64,000 bases of DNA, from positions 64,001 through 128,000 of the forward strand of contig CAWCTR010000021.1 of assembly GCA_963798485.1 (NCBI GenBank), written 5' to 3'. The translations under genes and the position numbers were made by a program. Source of the stretch: an uncultured delta proteobacterium (GTDB lineage: Bacteria > Desulfobacterota > Desulfomonilia > UBA1062). The notes under the pieces are model-generated. The model made no database searches, was not told the origin of the DNA, and saw nothing but the letters and a program-made list of their open reading frames with translations. Below, one piece after another: positions 17,187-27,362 of this stretch. How positions within the stretch are numbered: the stretch's first letter is position 1; each line of letters opens with the position of its first letter.

Positions 17187-20100
17187 TTACCTCCCACCAA
17201 TTGCCGAGCAGGCCGTGATTGTACTGTCTTCCCGGTCTTCTCCGAGGTTGCCGGCGAACAGTTCCTTGATCATCACCACAAACTGGTCTGTCTCGAAATG
17301 ATGCAGCTCTATGGCGCAGGCAGGACATTCGGCCGCGCAGATGCCGCAGCCCATACACTTGGCTGCCTCGATCTGCCCCTTGCCGTCCTTGTTGCAGTAG
17401 GGCGCGGAATACGGGCAGACCGTTACGCAGGTCATGCAGGAGATGCACTTTTGCTGGTCCACGTATGAGATCTGGGCGCTGACGTCGAGATGCGTCTTGG
17501 ATAGCACCGTGGCCGCACGCGATGCTGCTGCGCGCGCCTGCGAAATGTTTTCGTCAATGAACTTAGGCGAATGGGCCATGCCGCAGAGGAAAACGCCCTC
17601 GGTCGTAAAATCCACCGGCCGCAGCTTCATGTGCGCTTCCACATAGAAACCGTCGGTGTTGAGCGGCACCTTGAGCATGTCGGATATGCGCTTGTTGTTC
17701 TTAAAGTCCACTTCCACGCCCGTGCTGAGCACGACATTGTCGGCTTCGATCGCGAGCGGTTCGGCGAAGTCCGGGCTCTTGAGCGTGACGACCAAACCGC
17801 CTTCTTCTTTCACCGTCGGCGGCGCCTCGGGCGTGTACCGGATAAAGACCACGCCGGCCTCGCGCGCCTGCTGATAGTAGATTTCCCGGAAACCGTAGGT
17901 CCTCACATCACGGTAGAGAACATATACATTGGCTTGGGGGTCCTCCTTTTTGATGGCCAGCGCGTTTTTAACGGCCATGGAGCAGCAGATGCGGCTGCAA
18001 TAGGGATGCTTTTCGTCGCGCGAACCGACGCACTGGATCATGACGATGTTCTGTCCCAGGGCAGGCCACGACTTCTCATGCAGCCGCTTCTCAAGTTCGA
18101 CCTGCGTCAGAACTTTCTCGGAGCGGCCGTATAGATATTCGCCGGTCCTGGCCGCCTGCGCGCCCGTGGCAACAATGATGGTGCCACCGGTGACCTCCTG
18201 AATTTTGCCACCCTGGTCAAACGACACGTGGAACTTTCCGATGTGGCCTTTGATGCCTGCGACCTCGGCCTGGAGATACGTCTTGATATGGGAATGGTTC
18301 CTGACCTGGTCGATGAGACCGGTGGCGAAGGCGGCGATGTCCGCTTGCTCCAAGGTCCGGTATATATCGTGCAGGGTACCTCCCAGACGATTAGCCTGTT
18401 CGATCAAGTGGACGTCAAACCCCTGGTCGGCGAGCGCCAGCGCGGCTGTCATGCCGGAGAGGCCTCCGCCGATGACGATGCCGGTTTGGTCCACCGTGAG
18501 CGTTCCGCCTTCTAACGGCAAGAGCCTGCGGGCCCGGGCGATTGACATCTTCACGAGCTCAGCCGCCTTAACGGTAGCAGGTTCCGGCTCGGTAGAATGC
18601 ACCCAGGAGCACTGGTCGCGGATGTTTGTCATTTCGAACAGATAAGGGTTCAGGCCTGCTTCGCGGAGCGTCTCGCGGAACAGAGGCTCGTGCGTCCGCG
18701 GGGTGCACGAGGCCACCACGATGCGATTGAGCCGGTGCTGATGGATCATGTCCTTGATGTTCGACAGGCTCGTGTCGGAACAGGTGAACATGGTGTGCGT
18801 CGCTAAAACCACATTCGGCTCATGTTCCACGCGCTTGACCACTTCCTCGACGTCCACCACCGACCCGATGTTCATGCCGCAGTGGCAGACAAACACACCG
18901 AGGCGCGGTTCTTCATCGGTGACATCGTGCTCGATGGGATAGCTCTTTTTGGTGACCAGCGAATTACGGGCCGGCGCGAGCAGTTCCATGGCCATGGACG
19001 CCGCGGCGCTGGCCTGGGTCACGGTCTCGGGAATGTCCTTAGGCTCCTGGAAGGCGCCTCCCACGAACACGCCGGGCCGGGAAGTGCACAACGGCTGGAG
19101 CCGGTCGGTGTCGCAGAAACCGAACTCGTTGAGCTTGATGTTCATACCGGCGGCCATCTCCGCCATGCTGTGCGGCGGCTCCATGCCCACGGACAACACG
19201 ACCAGGTCGAACTCCTTGTGCGAAAGCCCGCCGTTTTCGTCGAAATATGTAAGCTGAAGGTCCTTGCTGCCGGGCAGCTGGACGATCCGCGAGGGGATGC
19301 TCTTGATGTATTGGATGTTGTCCTTGGCCCTGGCGCGCTCGTAATACTGATCGAAATCCTTGCCGTGGGCGCGGATGTCCATGTAGAAAATCGTGGCATC
19401 CAGGCTCTCGACGTGGTCGCCCGTGACGAGCGCCTGCTTGGTGGCCATCATGCAGCAGATGGATGAGCAGTATTCGTTGTTGCACGCCTTGTCGCGCGAA
19501 CCCACGCATTGGATCCAGGCGATGCGCCGGGCCTCGCGCCTGTCCGACAGGCGGATCACATGCCCTTCAAACGGCCCTGCGGCGGACAGCATCCGTTCAT
19601 ACTGGACGGAGGTGACCACGTTGGGATAGCGGCCGTAGCCGAACTCACCTTTAAGCGATGCATCGAACTCGTCAAAGCCCGGGGTCAGGATGACCGAGCC
19701 AACTTCGAGGGTGATTGTCCGTTCTTGCATGGCGTGGTCAATGGCGTTCTGCTTGCAGGTATCGACGCACCGGTTGCATTCCGAGCACAGGGCGCAATTG
19801 AGACACCGCTCGGCCTCAGAAAGGGCCTGCTCTTCGGTGAGCCCTTTCTCAACCTCGTCGAAATTCCTTAGACGGATGGAGGGCGAGAGCTCTTCCGGGC
19901 GAGGACGTGATCTTTTCTCGACCTTGTCGAGTTCAGGCAGGAGTTCTTCGGGAAGAGGGCTTAAGCTTTCCTCAAACCGGCCGCCGAGCAGATCCGTGCC
20001 CTTCAGATACCTCTCGATGGACTCGGCCACCCGTTTACCCGCGGCCACGGCATCGATCACGGAAGCTGGACCGCTCGTATTGTCGCCGCCTGCAAAAATG

Positions 20101-21686
20101 CTCTCAATGGACGTCTGCCCGGTCACCGGATCGGCCTTGAAACAGCCGCGCTCGGTCTGGACGCTGATGTGACTCACGGTCTGCTCGTCCACCATCTGTC
20201 CGATGGCCACGATGATCTGGTCGGCATCGATGGTGGTGAGAGCGTTTTCGTCAAAGGCCGGGCTGAAGCGTTTTTTCTCGTCGAAGACCCGGGTGCAGCG
20301 TTTGAGCTCGATGCCGGTGACTTTTCCGTTGCCGAGGATGCGCTTTGGGCCCCAGCCGTTACGGATCTTGATGTTTTCCGCGAGGGTGGCCTCGATCTCC
20401 TCTTCGTAGGCGGGCATCTCGTGGGGTCCTTCGAGGCAGACCATCTCGACATTTCTTGCGCCCAGGCGTAGCGCGGTACGGGCCACGTCGATGGCCACGT
20501 TGCCGCCGCCGATGACCAGCACCCGTTCCTTCACCTCGGGTTTATTGGCCGAAGCCGCTTCTCTTAAGAATTCTACGCCGTGCAGGACGCCCTCGATGTC
20601 CTCGCCTTGAACGCCGAGTTTGCGGCTCTTCTGGGCGCCGGCCGAAATGAAGATGGCTGCATAATCATTGCGCAGCGTCTGGAAGGTGACGTCCTGGCCG
20701 ATGCGGCAGCCATAGATGAACCTGACGCCCTTGCGGCGGATGATTTCGATCTCGTGGTCGAGCACCTTCTTGGGCAGGCGATACTCTGGGATCCCGTATC
20801 GGAGCATGCCGCCGGCTGCGGGCATGGCTTCGTAAACCGTGACGGCAAACCCTGCGTCAGCAAGATCATTGGCTGCTGTAAGCCCGGCCGGGCCGCCACC
20901 GATGATCGCGACCTTCTTGGCATCGGGTGCGATTACCTTTTCCTCCGGCAGAGCCAGATCGCCCGCCGCGAGCATCTCCATTTCCCTGTCCGATGCGAAG
21001 CGCTTCAACAGCCGGATGGCGATAGGGGCGTCGGCACCCGCCCTCGTGCATTCACTCTCGCAGGGATGGGTGCAGATGCGGCCGCAGATGGCCGAAAGCG
21101 GGTTCCTCTGACGGATGAGCTCTACCGCCTTGACATATTCCTTCTGCTTGATGAGCTGGACGTAGCCCTGGACGTTCACCCTGGCCGGGCATGTCATTTT
21201 GCAGGGAGAATGGCCGTTTTTAAGGATGCCGAAAATGTTCGGGGTGGCCTGGGCGTAAAGCTTTGCAATGCCCTTGCGGGTTCCCAGGCAGCGGTTGAAC
21301 TCGTCCGGGATGTCTACGGGGCAGACTAAAGTGCATTCGCTGCATCCGGTGCATTTGTCCTCGTACACAAACCGCGGATACCGCTTGACTCTTGCCCTGA
21401 AACGGCCCGGCCCGCCTTCGAGGCCCACCAGTTCGGAAAGCGTCAGAATCTCTATATTCAGGTTCCGCGCGCATTCGACGAGCTTGGGCGAGACGATGCA
21501 GGTGGCGCAGTCGCCGGTCGGGAAGGTCTTGTCCAGATGCGCCATCATACCCCCGATGGCTGCGTCGCGCTCGACGAGATACACCTTGAAGCCACTGTTT
21601 GCCAGATCGAGCGATGCCTGTACGCCGGCAATGCCGCCGCCCTGCACCAGCACCGCGCCGATTTTCTTGTCGTCCGATCTACTCAT
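17187..21686 (-). CDS. hdrA: Large HdrA-like flavoprotein (HdrL type) with an inserted GltD/NfnB-like NAD(P)H oxidoreductase module
   Basis: GGGIAG...LDKTFPT.DC..C; inserted CP..VNVQGY...CGRICTHPCE..C.R, GGGPAG, GGMLRYGIPEYRLP, GGGNVA.D.AR; two QCVGSRD...YCS..CC motifs; GVFVCHCG; second GGGLSG; C-terminal 2x4Fe-4S. Confidence 0.9.
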   Translation of the reverse strand: MSRSDDKKIGAVLVQGGGIAGVQASLDLANSGFKVYLVERDAAIGGMMAHLDKTFPTGDCATCIVSPKLVECARNLNIEILTLSELVGLEGGPGRFRARVKRYPRFVYEDKCTGCSECTLVCPVDIPDEFNRCLGTRKGIAKLYAQATPNIFGILKNGHSPCKMTCPARVNVQGYVQLIKQKEYVKAVELIRQRNPLSAICGRICTHPCESECTRAGADAPIAIRLLKRFASDREMEMLAAGDLALPEEKVIAPDAKKVAIIGGGPAGLTAANDLADAGFAVTVYEAMPAAGGMLRYGIPEYRLPKKVLDHEIEIIRRKGVRFIYGCRIGQDVTFQTLRNDYAAIFISAGAQKSRKLGVQGEDIEGVLHGVEFLREAASANKPEVKERVLVIGGGNVAIDVARTALRLGARNVEMVCLEGPHEMPAYEEEIEATLAENIKIRNGWGPKRILGNGKVTGIELKRCTRVFDEKKRFSPAFDENALTTIDADQIIVAIGQMVDEQTVSHISVQTERGCFKADPVTGQTSIESIFAGGDNTSGPASVIDAVAAGKRVAESIERYLKGTDLLGGRFEESLSPLPEELLPELDKVEKRSRPRPEELSPSIRLRNFDEVEKGLTEEQALSEAERCLNCALCSECNRCVDTCKQNAIDHAMQERTITLEVGSVILTPGFDEFDASLKGEFGYGRYPNVVTSVQYERMLSAAGPFEGHVIRLSDRREARRIAWIQCVGSRDKACNNEYCSSICCMMATKQALVTGDHVESLDATIFYMDIRAHGKDFDQYYERARAKDNIQYIKSIPSRIVQLPGSKDLQLTYFDENGGLSHKEFDLVVLSVGMEPPHSMAEMAAGMNIKLNEFGFCDTDRLQPLCTSRPGVFVGGAFQEPKDIPETVTQASAAASMAMELLAPARNSLVTKKSYPIEHDVTDEEPRLGVFVCHCGMNIGSVVDVEEVVKRVEHEPNVVLATHTMFTCSDTSLSNIKDMIHQHRLNRIVVASCTPRTHEPLFRETLREAGLNPYLFEMTNIRDQCSWVHSTEPEPATVKAAELVKMSIARARRLLPLEGGTLTVDQTGIVIGGGLSGMTAALALADQGFDVHLIEQANRLGGTLHDIYRTLEQADIAAFATGLIDQVRNHSHIKTYLQAEVAGIKGHIGKFHVSFDQGGKIQEVTGGTIIVATGAQAARTGEYLYGRSEKVLTQVELEKRLHEKSWPALGQNIVMIQCVGSRDEKHPYCSRICCSMAVKNALAIKKEDPQANVYVLYRDVRTYGFREIYYQQAREAGVVFIRYTPEAPPTVKEEGGLVVTLKSPDFAEPLAIEADNVVLSTGVEVDFKNNKRISDMLKVPLNTDGFYVEAHMKLRPVDFTTEGVFLCGMAHSPKFIDENISQARAAASRAATVLSKTHLDVSAQISYVDQQKCISCMTCVTVCPYSAPYCNKDGKGQIEAAKCMGCGICAAECPACAIELHHFETDQFVVMIKELFAGNLGEDREDSTITACSAIGGR

Positions 21687-22557
21687 GGCTGTTTACTTCC
21701 ATTTTATTTAAGACGTTTTCAGCGGGGACCATCAGCTTTTCAAACCCGAGCTCGCTCGCGTCAAGTCCCAGGCAAAGCCCGAGGAGCTGGGTGATGTAAA
21801 TCACCGGCATACGGTAGTTCCTGCCCATCTCTTTGTTGATGTCCTGCTGCCGCACATCGAGGTTGATCTGGCACATGGGGCAGCTGACCGCGATGCACTC
21901 CGCGCCCACCTGGACGGCCATGTCGATAATGGACTCGGTGAGCCTGAGCACCACGTCGGTCCGTGACAGCGACAAACTGCCGCCGCAGCAATCGACCTTG
22001 CAGGGCCATTCGAGGCTGAGGCCGCCCATAGCGGTCACCAGACGGTCGAGCGACTTCGGATTTTCCGCATCATCGAACCTGAGAATCTCCGGCGGCCGGA
22101 CCAGAAGGCAGCCGTAGTAGCAGGCAACCTTGAGGCCGTTAAGCGTTCTTTTGAGGGACTTGGTGATGGTCGGCAGGCCGACATCTTCGAGGAGCACCTC
22201 AAGGAGGTGGCGGACCTTGACGGAGCCGTCGTAATCCCTATCGAGCGCGTCACGTACATCCCTGCGGACCTCGGCGTGGGTGGAAATCTCGTGGTTGGCC
22301 ACCTTCATCCTATTGTAGCAGGCGGCACAGTTGACGACCATGTCCAGGTTCATGTCCTGGACCTTGGTCAGGTTGGCGGCGGGCAGTGCAACGGCGAGCA
22401 GGCGGTCGGTCTGGTGGCCGGCGGTGGCGCCGCAGCAGGTCCAGCCTTTGGGTTCCTCGAAATCGAGCTTAAGCGCCCGTGCGACCGCATACGTGGACTG
22501 GTTCATGTCGCGGGCCGTGGATTCTGCCGAGCATCCGGGATAGTAGGCGTATTTCAT
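21679..22557 (-). CDS. hdrB: Heterodisulfide reductase subunit B-like
   Basis: YYPGC, WTCCGA, CAACY, YYGCLL.RP, DCCGG, CPMCQ.NLD, PV.YITQL. Confidence 0.92.
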   Translation of the reverse strand: MKYAYYPGCSAESTARDMNQSTYAVARALKLDFEEPKGWTCCGATAGHQTDRLLAVALPAANLTKVQDMNLDMVVNCAACYNRMKVANHEISTHAEVRRDVRDALDRDYDGSVKVRHLLEVLLEDVGLPTITKSLKRTLNGLKVACYYGCLLVRPPEILRFDDAENPKSLDRLVTAMGGLSLEWPCKVDCCGGSLSLSRTDVVLRLTESIIDMAVQVGAECIAVSCPMCQINLDVRQQDINKEMGRNYRMPVIYITQLLGLCLGLDASELGFEKLMVPAENVLNKMEVNSHE

Positions 22558-23120
22558 GCTCGGGTTCCTCGTTTTTGTTTTGCGTTCTTGAAAATGCGTC
22601 TCACGGTTTTCCTGTCGCCTTCCATGGGAGGCAGCAGCGCAATTTTTCCCTTCTTCAGCATGGCCGGGAATTTTTCCGTATCTTCCATCAGTTTGCCCGT
22701 GCCGATCTTGTAGGCTGTGATCATGGCGATATCGTAGGGGCGGCCGAAGATCTCGACCGTCTTCAAGAATGCGCGGTTGAACAGCGGCATATCGCCTTGA
22801 GGTTTCGGCGCGCCCCGATCTAAGGCCAGAGAGCGCAGCGAGTCCATGACAGAAGCCACGTCAATACCCATGGGGCAGCGGGCCGAGCAGGTTTCGCACG
22901 AGGCGCACAGCCAGATGAGGTCGCACTCGAGCAGTTCCTCACCGGCGCTGAGGTGCAGCATCCGCATGATTTCCGACGGCCTGGTTGTGGCCAGCTTTGC
23001 CACCGGACAGCCGCTCGAGCATTTCTTGCACTGTAAACAGACGCTCAGGTTCACGCCGGCCAGCTTCTCGACGGCATTCTTCAGACCATGGCCTATCCTT
23101 GCTTTTTTGATGGTTAGCAC
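22554..23120 (-). CDS. hdrC: Heterodisulfide reductase subunit C-like
   Basis: CLQCKKCSSGCP and WLCASCETCSARCP. Confidence 0.9.
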   Translation of the reverse strand: MLTIKKARIGHGLKNAVEKLAGVNLSVCLQCKKCSSGCPVAKLATTRPSEIMRMLHLSAGEELLECDLIWLCASCETCSARCPMGIDVASVMDSLRSLALDRGAPKPQGDMPLFNRAFLKTVEIFGRPYDIAMITAYKIGTGKLMEDTEKFPAMLKKGKIALLPPMEGDRKTVRRIFKNAKQKRGTRA

Positions 23121-23139
23121 GATAATGTTCTCCAGCTAT

Positions 23140-25797
23140 TCATGCCAGTTCTTCAACTGTTTCTTCAGCCCGGACATCGTCGGTGTCCTCCAGGACAATA
23201 TCCTTGATGTTGCCGGGGACAACCTTGCGATACACCCGGCACGGTTTGAGCTGCTTGCCGTTCACGGTTAAAAGTTCCTTGACGGTTATCCCGAAATGTT
23301 TCTGGTTTTCCTCCAAAAACGGCAGGATCAGCTCCCAGTCGGCGTCGGTCACCTTGGCAAACTGGCCGCTGTTCAACTGCTGGTCCACCAGGGTCTTTCC
23401 CGGGTCACGGACAAAAATGGCGCCGCCCGAAGCCAGCGAAAACAGGTTGCTGCCCGGGTAAGGATCAACAAGCGGAACAGGTTTCCCTTCGTCGTCGAGC
23501 TTGACGCCGTTCAGGATCACGAAGCCGCCGCCGTTAAGCGGGTCGCCGGCCATGAAGGACTCGGCGAGAAAGTCGAGGCAGGTGCCGTTGATGACTACCT
23601 TGGGCCGTCCCACGGAGTTTATGAGCGGTCGTCCCGCTGCGTTGCCGAGCACATAGACCTCGCCGCCCTTGGCGCCGTACATGAAGGTCTGGCCCACGTC
23701 GCCATGAATGACCATTTTCCCCTGCTTGACGATCTGACCCAACTGGTCCTGGGCGTTGCCGTGCACCGTGATCGTCAGCCCGTCAATGCCCGAACCGAGA
23801 TAGTCGCCGCTGCTGCCGTACACGTCGATGAGAACACCCTCGGTTTCCGGACCGAGGCCGCAGCCGGTGTACCGCTGGCCGATGCAATTGAAGCAGATGA
23901 AACGGCGCCAGCCTAACATAAAAGCGTCAACCAGCAGCGCGGCGTCACAGTCATCTCCTTCTGGTGGAAACTGGGCAGCGTCGATCACCAGCGTGGTTTC
24001 CATGCCTTGCGGCCCTCGAAGGTGTCCGCGCGACATGAAATCAACCAGGCGATACGCGCCCTTTGCGGCATCCTTGTCGCTTATTTTGGGGAGGCTCGAG
24101 AAAAGCCGGCTCAGCGCGGTGCGCACGATGTGGAGCACATGGCTGCGTCTCTTCGCGCCGGTCGAGTAACGCCGGTCATTGAGCAGCGTCAGGACTTCTA
24201 TCGACGTGGCCGTCTTGGAAGGGTCCTTCGCCTGATTGATGATCTGCCGGCACGCCAGATCGATCTCGTCAAACGTCGATTCGGGTATGAGGTCGCGTAT
24301 CATTTCAAAAATCGTGACGCTGTTGCCGGGCACAAATCTCTCGCTGATTATTGTCTGTATAGTCTCCCTCGATTCGGAGGATACTGAAAATTCCTTGGAA
24401 AAATCGAACGACTCGGTGCCGCCAGGCATAGCGACCTGCGTACCGAATTTGTCCGTGCAAGTGATCCGGATTTTGCCGGCCGGATCTTTTTTCAGGTTGA
24501 AAATGAACGCCCCGCCGTCGTCATAGCTGCCACCGCGCGCGTTCCAGTAGCGGTCCGCAACGGGGCAGATCCGTTTATCATCCTTTGACAGGCTCATGAG
24601 TGTGGCATCAATGGCCTGTTTTTCCGAGGCGATCAGCCCCACCTGGACAACGCCATCGGTAAAGGCGAACACTTGGGGTCGCAGCATGGCGGTGTCGGTG
24701 ATGCCCATCAACTGGAACTGCCGCTGGCGGGCGAGGCTGCGGGCTATGATGAAGAACCAGGGGCCGTCGGGCGAGCCGTGCATGTGGGTGGCCTGGATGG
24801 CCCGGTAAACCTTCTGCTTTTCAAGGCCGAGCCGGTCGAAGTCAAGTTCCGTGGTCGGCGCCAGGGCTTCGATGATGTATTCCAGCGGGTAGTGGTAGGT
24901 CCTGCTGAGCAGGTCGAACAGCTGCGCGGACACTTCCGTATCGGTGAGAAACTGGGGATAGATATGGCGCTGTTTGAGATATTCGGTAACCGAATGGTAG
25001 TTGGCAAAGTCGCCGTTGTGCACCAGCGCCATGTCAATGGCAGCGAACGGATGGGCGCCGCCGGGGTGCCAGACACGACCCTTGGTGGGGAAACGCTGGT
25101 GGGCGATCCAAACGTGGGCGCACAGGTCCTCGATCTTGTAATACTTCACGATGGCCTCGGCATAGCCGACCACCTTGAGGATCATGATGTCCCTGCCGTG
25201 CGAGAGCACGAAGGCGCGTTTTTCGCCCAGGGACGCGTAATACTTCTGATTGAGGCTGAAGCTGTTCTGGCTGACGAATTCGTCCTCCGCCGCATCGCTC
25301 TCGAGCGCCTGCAGATTGTTCTTTTCGATGAACTCGCCCAGCACTTCCGGCTTGACGCGGACAAAGTATCGGCAAACATCCGGGGGGAGCACCTCGAGGC
25401 CCGGCACGGTCTTCCAATCCTCCATCTTGTCGAACTGCGCGGAGGCGGCAACGTCGAAGAAAGGCTTGATGAACTCCTCCTCGATTTCCGGACGCAAAGA
25501 AGTGTCGATGAAGGCTACATTCAGCAGGTAATAGTTGTCGAGCACCTCTCTGCTGACGCCGAGTTGCTCCGGGACGAGCCCCACCGCGGCGATTCCGCCT
25601 CCCTTGCCGTTCCCACGGTTGTGCATCTGGCGCGACGGCTCGTAAATGTGCCGGCCCGCCACCGGCTCGCTGCAGCAGAAACCGACCACGCCGCAGCCGC
25701 CTTCCTCCGCCTCCTTCCGAAGGATCGGGGGTAACCTGAGACTCTCAGCGAGCCTTTTTCTTGAACCGGTCAGCTTCTGGATCAATTCAGTGTTCAT
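23140..25797 (-). CDS. Glutamate synthase-like subunit: class II glutamine amidotransferase plus GXGXG domain
   Basis: EGG|CGVVG (Ntn Cys after ~34-aa propeptide), NRGNGKGGG, HQRFPT, HPF, HNGD, TDTE, DGP, LRP; C-terminal GXGXG beta-helix (GDYLGSG, HGNAQD, GDVG, AESFMAG). Confidence 0.85.
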   Translation of the reverse strand: MNTELIQKLTGSRKRLAESLRLPPILRKEAEEGGCGVVGFCCSEPVAGRHIYEPSRQMHNRGNGKGGGIAAVGLVPEQLGVSREVLDNYYLLNVAFIDTSLRPEIEEEFIKPFFDVAASAQFDKMEDWKTVPGLEVLPPDVCRYFVRVKPEVLGEFIEKNNLQALESDAAEDEFVSQNSFSLNQKYYASLGEKRAFVLSHGRDIMILKVVGYAEAIVKYYKIEDLCAHVWIAHQRFPTKGRVWHPGGAHPFAAIDMALVHNGDFANYHSVTEYLKQRHIYPQFLTDTEVSAQLFDLLSRTYHYPLEYIIEALAPTTELDFDRLGLEKQKVYRAIQATHMHGSPDGPWFFIIARSLARQRQFQLMGITDTAMLRPQVFAFTDGVVQVGLIASEKQAIDATLMSLSKDDKRICPVADRYWNARGGSYDDGGAFIFNLKKDPAGKIRITCTDKFGTQVAMPGGTESFDFSKEFSVSSESRETIQTIISERFVPGNSVTIFEMIRDLIPESTFDEIDLACRQIINQAKDPSKTATSIEVLTLLNDRRYSTGAKRRSHVLHIVRTALSRLFSSLPKISDKDAAKGAYRLVDFMSRGHLRGPQGMETTLVIDAAQFPPEGDDCDAALLVDAFMLGWRRFICFNCIGQRYTGCGLGPETEGVLIDVYGSSGDYLGSGIDGLTITVHGNAQDQLGQIVKQGKMVIHGDVGQTFMYGAKGGEVYVLGNAAGRPLINSVGRPKVVINGTCLDFLAESFMAGDPLNGGGFVILNGVKLDDEGKPVPLVDPYPGSNLFSLASGGAIFVRDPGKTLVDQQLNSGQFAKVTDADWELILPFLEENQKHFGITVKELLTVNGKQLKPCRVYRKVVPGNIKDIVLEDTDDVRAEETVEELA

Positions 25798-27362
25798 TTT
25801 TCTGTCGTTCCCTCGTTGGTGTAATCCAAATGTATCATGAGGTCGGTGCGTCCGCGCAGCTCGCTCACGCTCTTGAGGCCGAGGCGCTTAAGAATTTTGA
25901 TCAGCGTTTTCTGCCAGGCGCTGTAAAGGTTGATGAGACGCTGGGCGCCCCATTCAGTAGTCATTTTGGCGGCAAGCACGGGGTCGGTCGTGGCGATGCC
26001 ACGCGGGCAGCCCCGCCCGCTCTCGCAGCGGCTGCAACGAACACAGCCCAGCGCCACCATTTCCGCGGTCCCGATGACCACCCCGTCCGCGCCCAAGGCG
26101 ATGGCCTTGGCGATGTCGTGGGCCGTGCGGATCCCGCCGCTGGCGATCAGCGTCACCTTGTCGCGGACGCCCTCGTCTGTAAGGAAATTGTGCACCTTGC
26201 CGATGGCGTATTCGATGGGCATGGCGATGTTCTTCTTGGCGATGTCCGGCGCCGCGCCGGTCCCGCCATAACCGCCGTCGATGTGGACGATGTGCGTGCC
26301 GGCGGAATAGCTCCCCACAGCCACCATGTCCACGTCCGTCGGGGTTGAAACCTTCGTCGAGATCAAGGCGCGCCGGTTCACGTGCTTGATCCATTCAATG
26401 TGCTTGGCGTGGTCTTCGATGGAATAGACGCTGTGGAACGGGAACGGGGAGAACAGGGAGATGCCGAGCACCGCCTCGCGCATGCGGGCCACGACGACGG
26501 TGTTTTTGTCGCCGAGCAGATGGCCGCCCAGGCCGGGCTTGGCGCCCTGGGCATACTTGAATTCCACGATGGGTACCCGCTGGATGGTTTCCTCGCGCAC
26601 GCCGAACAGGCCTGTGGCGACCTGTGTGATGACGTGGTCGTCATACGGTCGCATGCGTTCCATGTAGCCGCCCTCTCCTGTGCAGGTAAACGTGTTGAAC
26701 GCCACGCACGCCCGGGCCTTTGAAAGCTGGGTTACGTTGCTCACCGAGCCGAACGACATTCCGCCGCCGTACCAGGGAACGTCAATTTTGATTTCGGGTC
26801 GGCCGTCGCCGCGCTTGTTCAGCGAGATGCTCGTGTCGATCTCGCTCTCGTCGAGCAGGGCGGGCGGTTTGTCCGGGAATTTGAACCGGAGCCGGTCAAA
26901 GCCGCCGCCGGAATTGCCGCATTCGTAGTTGTAATCGTAGGCCTCATCCGGCACATCTCCGGTCTCGGCCATCTTCCATGTGGCCAAGATCAGATCCGCG
27001 GTCCAGCGATAATCGCCGAGCGCGGTGAACATGGGATTTTCCCGGATCGACAAGGCCCCTTGAGGGCAATGGGCCACGCAATACTTATCCGTCTTTTCGC
27101 AGGAAGGCCCGATGCACAGGTGATGCTCGGGCTCGCCGAAATATTTAAACCCGGGTTTGTGGACGTGGACGCCGTAGGAGCAGACCTCCACGCACTTGCC
27201 GCAACGTTTGCAATCCAAACTGCGGTGGACGATGTACTTGGCAATTTCGTTGCGATAGCGGGACGGCGCTGGTTTGACGAGGCGCTGCACCTGCTCCTGC
27301 GGCACGCGCGTCTTCAGCGTGTTCTCAGGCAGAATGTCCTCAAGACGGCTTTCTTTTTCCAT
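25794..27362 (-). CDS. FMN-binding glutamate synthase subunit with N-terminal Fe-S domain (motifs intact)
   Basis: GGMSFGS, TGEGG, QVATGLFG, EFKYAQGAKPGLGGHL, DGGYGGTGA, ASGGIR, C..C..C.....CP.GIAT.D; start uncertain (ATG 27362 chosen). Confidence 0.87.
   Translation of the reverse strand: MEKESRLEDILPENTLKTRVPQEQVQRLVKPAPSRYRNEIAKYIVHRSLDCKRCGKCVEVCSYGVHVHKPGFKYFGEPEHHLCIGPSCEKTDKYCVAHCPQGALSIRENPMFTALGDYRWTADLILATWKMAETGDVPDEAYDYNYECGNSGGGFDRLRFKFPDKPPALLDESEIDTSISLNKRGDGRPEIKIDVPWYGGGMSFGSVSNVTQLSKARACVAFNTFTCTGEGGYMERMRPYDDHVITQVATGLFGVREETIQRVPIVEFKYAQGAKPGLGGHLLGDKNTVVVARMREAVLGISLFSPFPFHSVYSIEDHAKHIEWIKHVNRRALISTKVSTPTDVDMVAVGSYSAGTHIVHIDGGYGGTGAAPDIAKKNIAMPIEYAIGKVHNFLTDEGVRDKVTLIASGGIRTAHDIAKAIALGADGVVIGTAEMVALGCVRCSRCESGRGCPRGIATTDPVLAAKMTTEWGAQRLINLYSAWQKTLIKILKRLGLKSVSELRGRTDLMIHLDYTNEGTTEK

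Noticed and set aside
16729-17448. Long N-terminal extensions in the ORF track (mvhD 239 aa; also 4045, 9625, 12039, 27458)
   Set aside because: They overlap upstream genes or promoters; internal starts with SD motifs or translational coupling fit the families better
24673-25734. Long antisense ORFs such as this 353-aa one
   Set aside because: Shadow frames of GC-rich genes with no recognisable motifs
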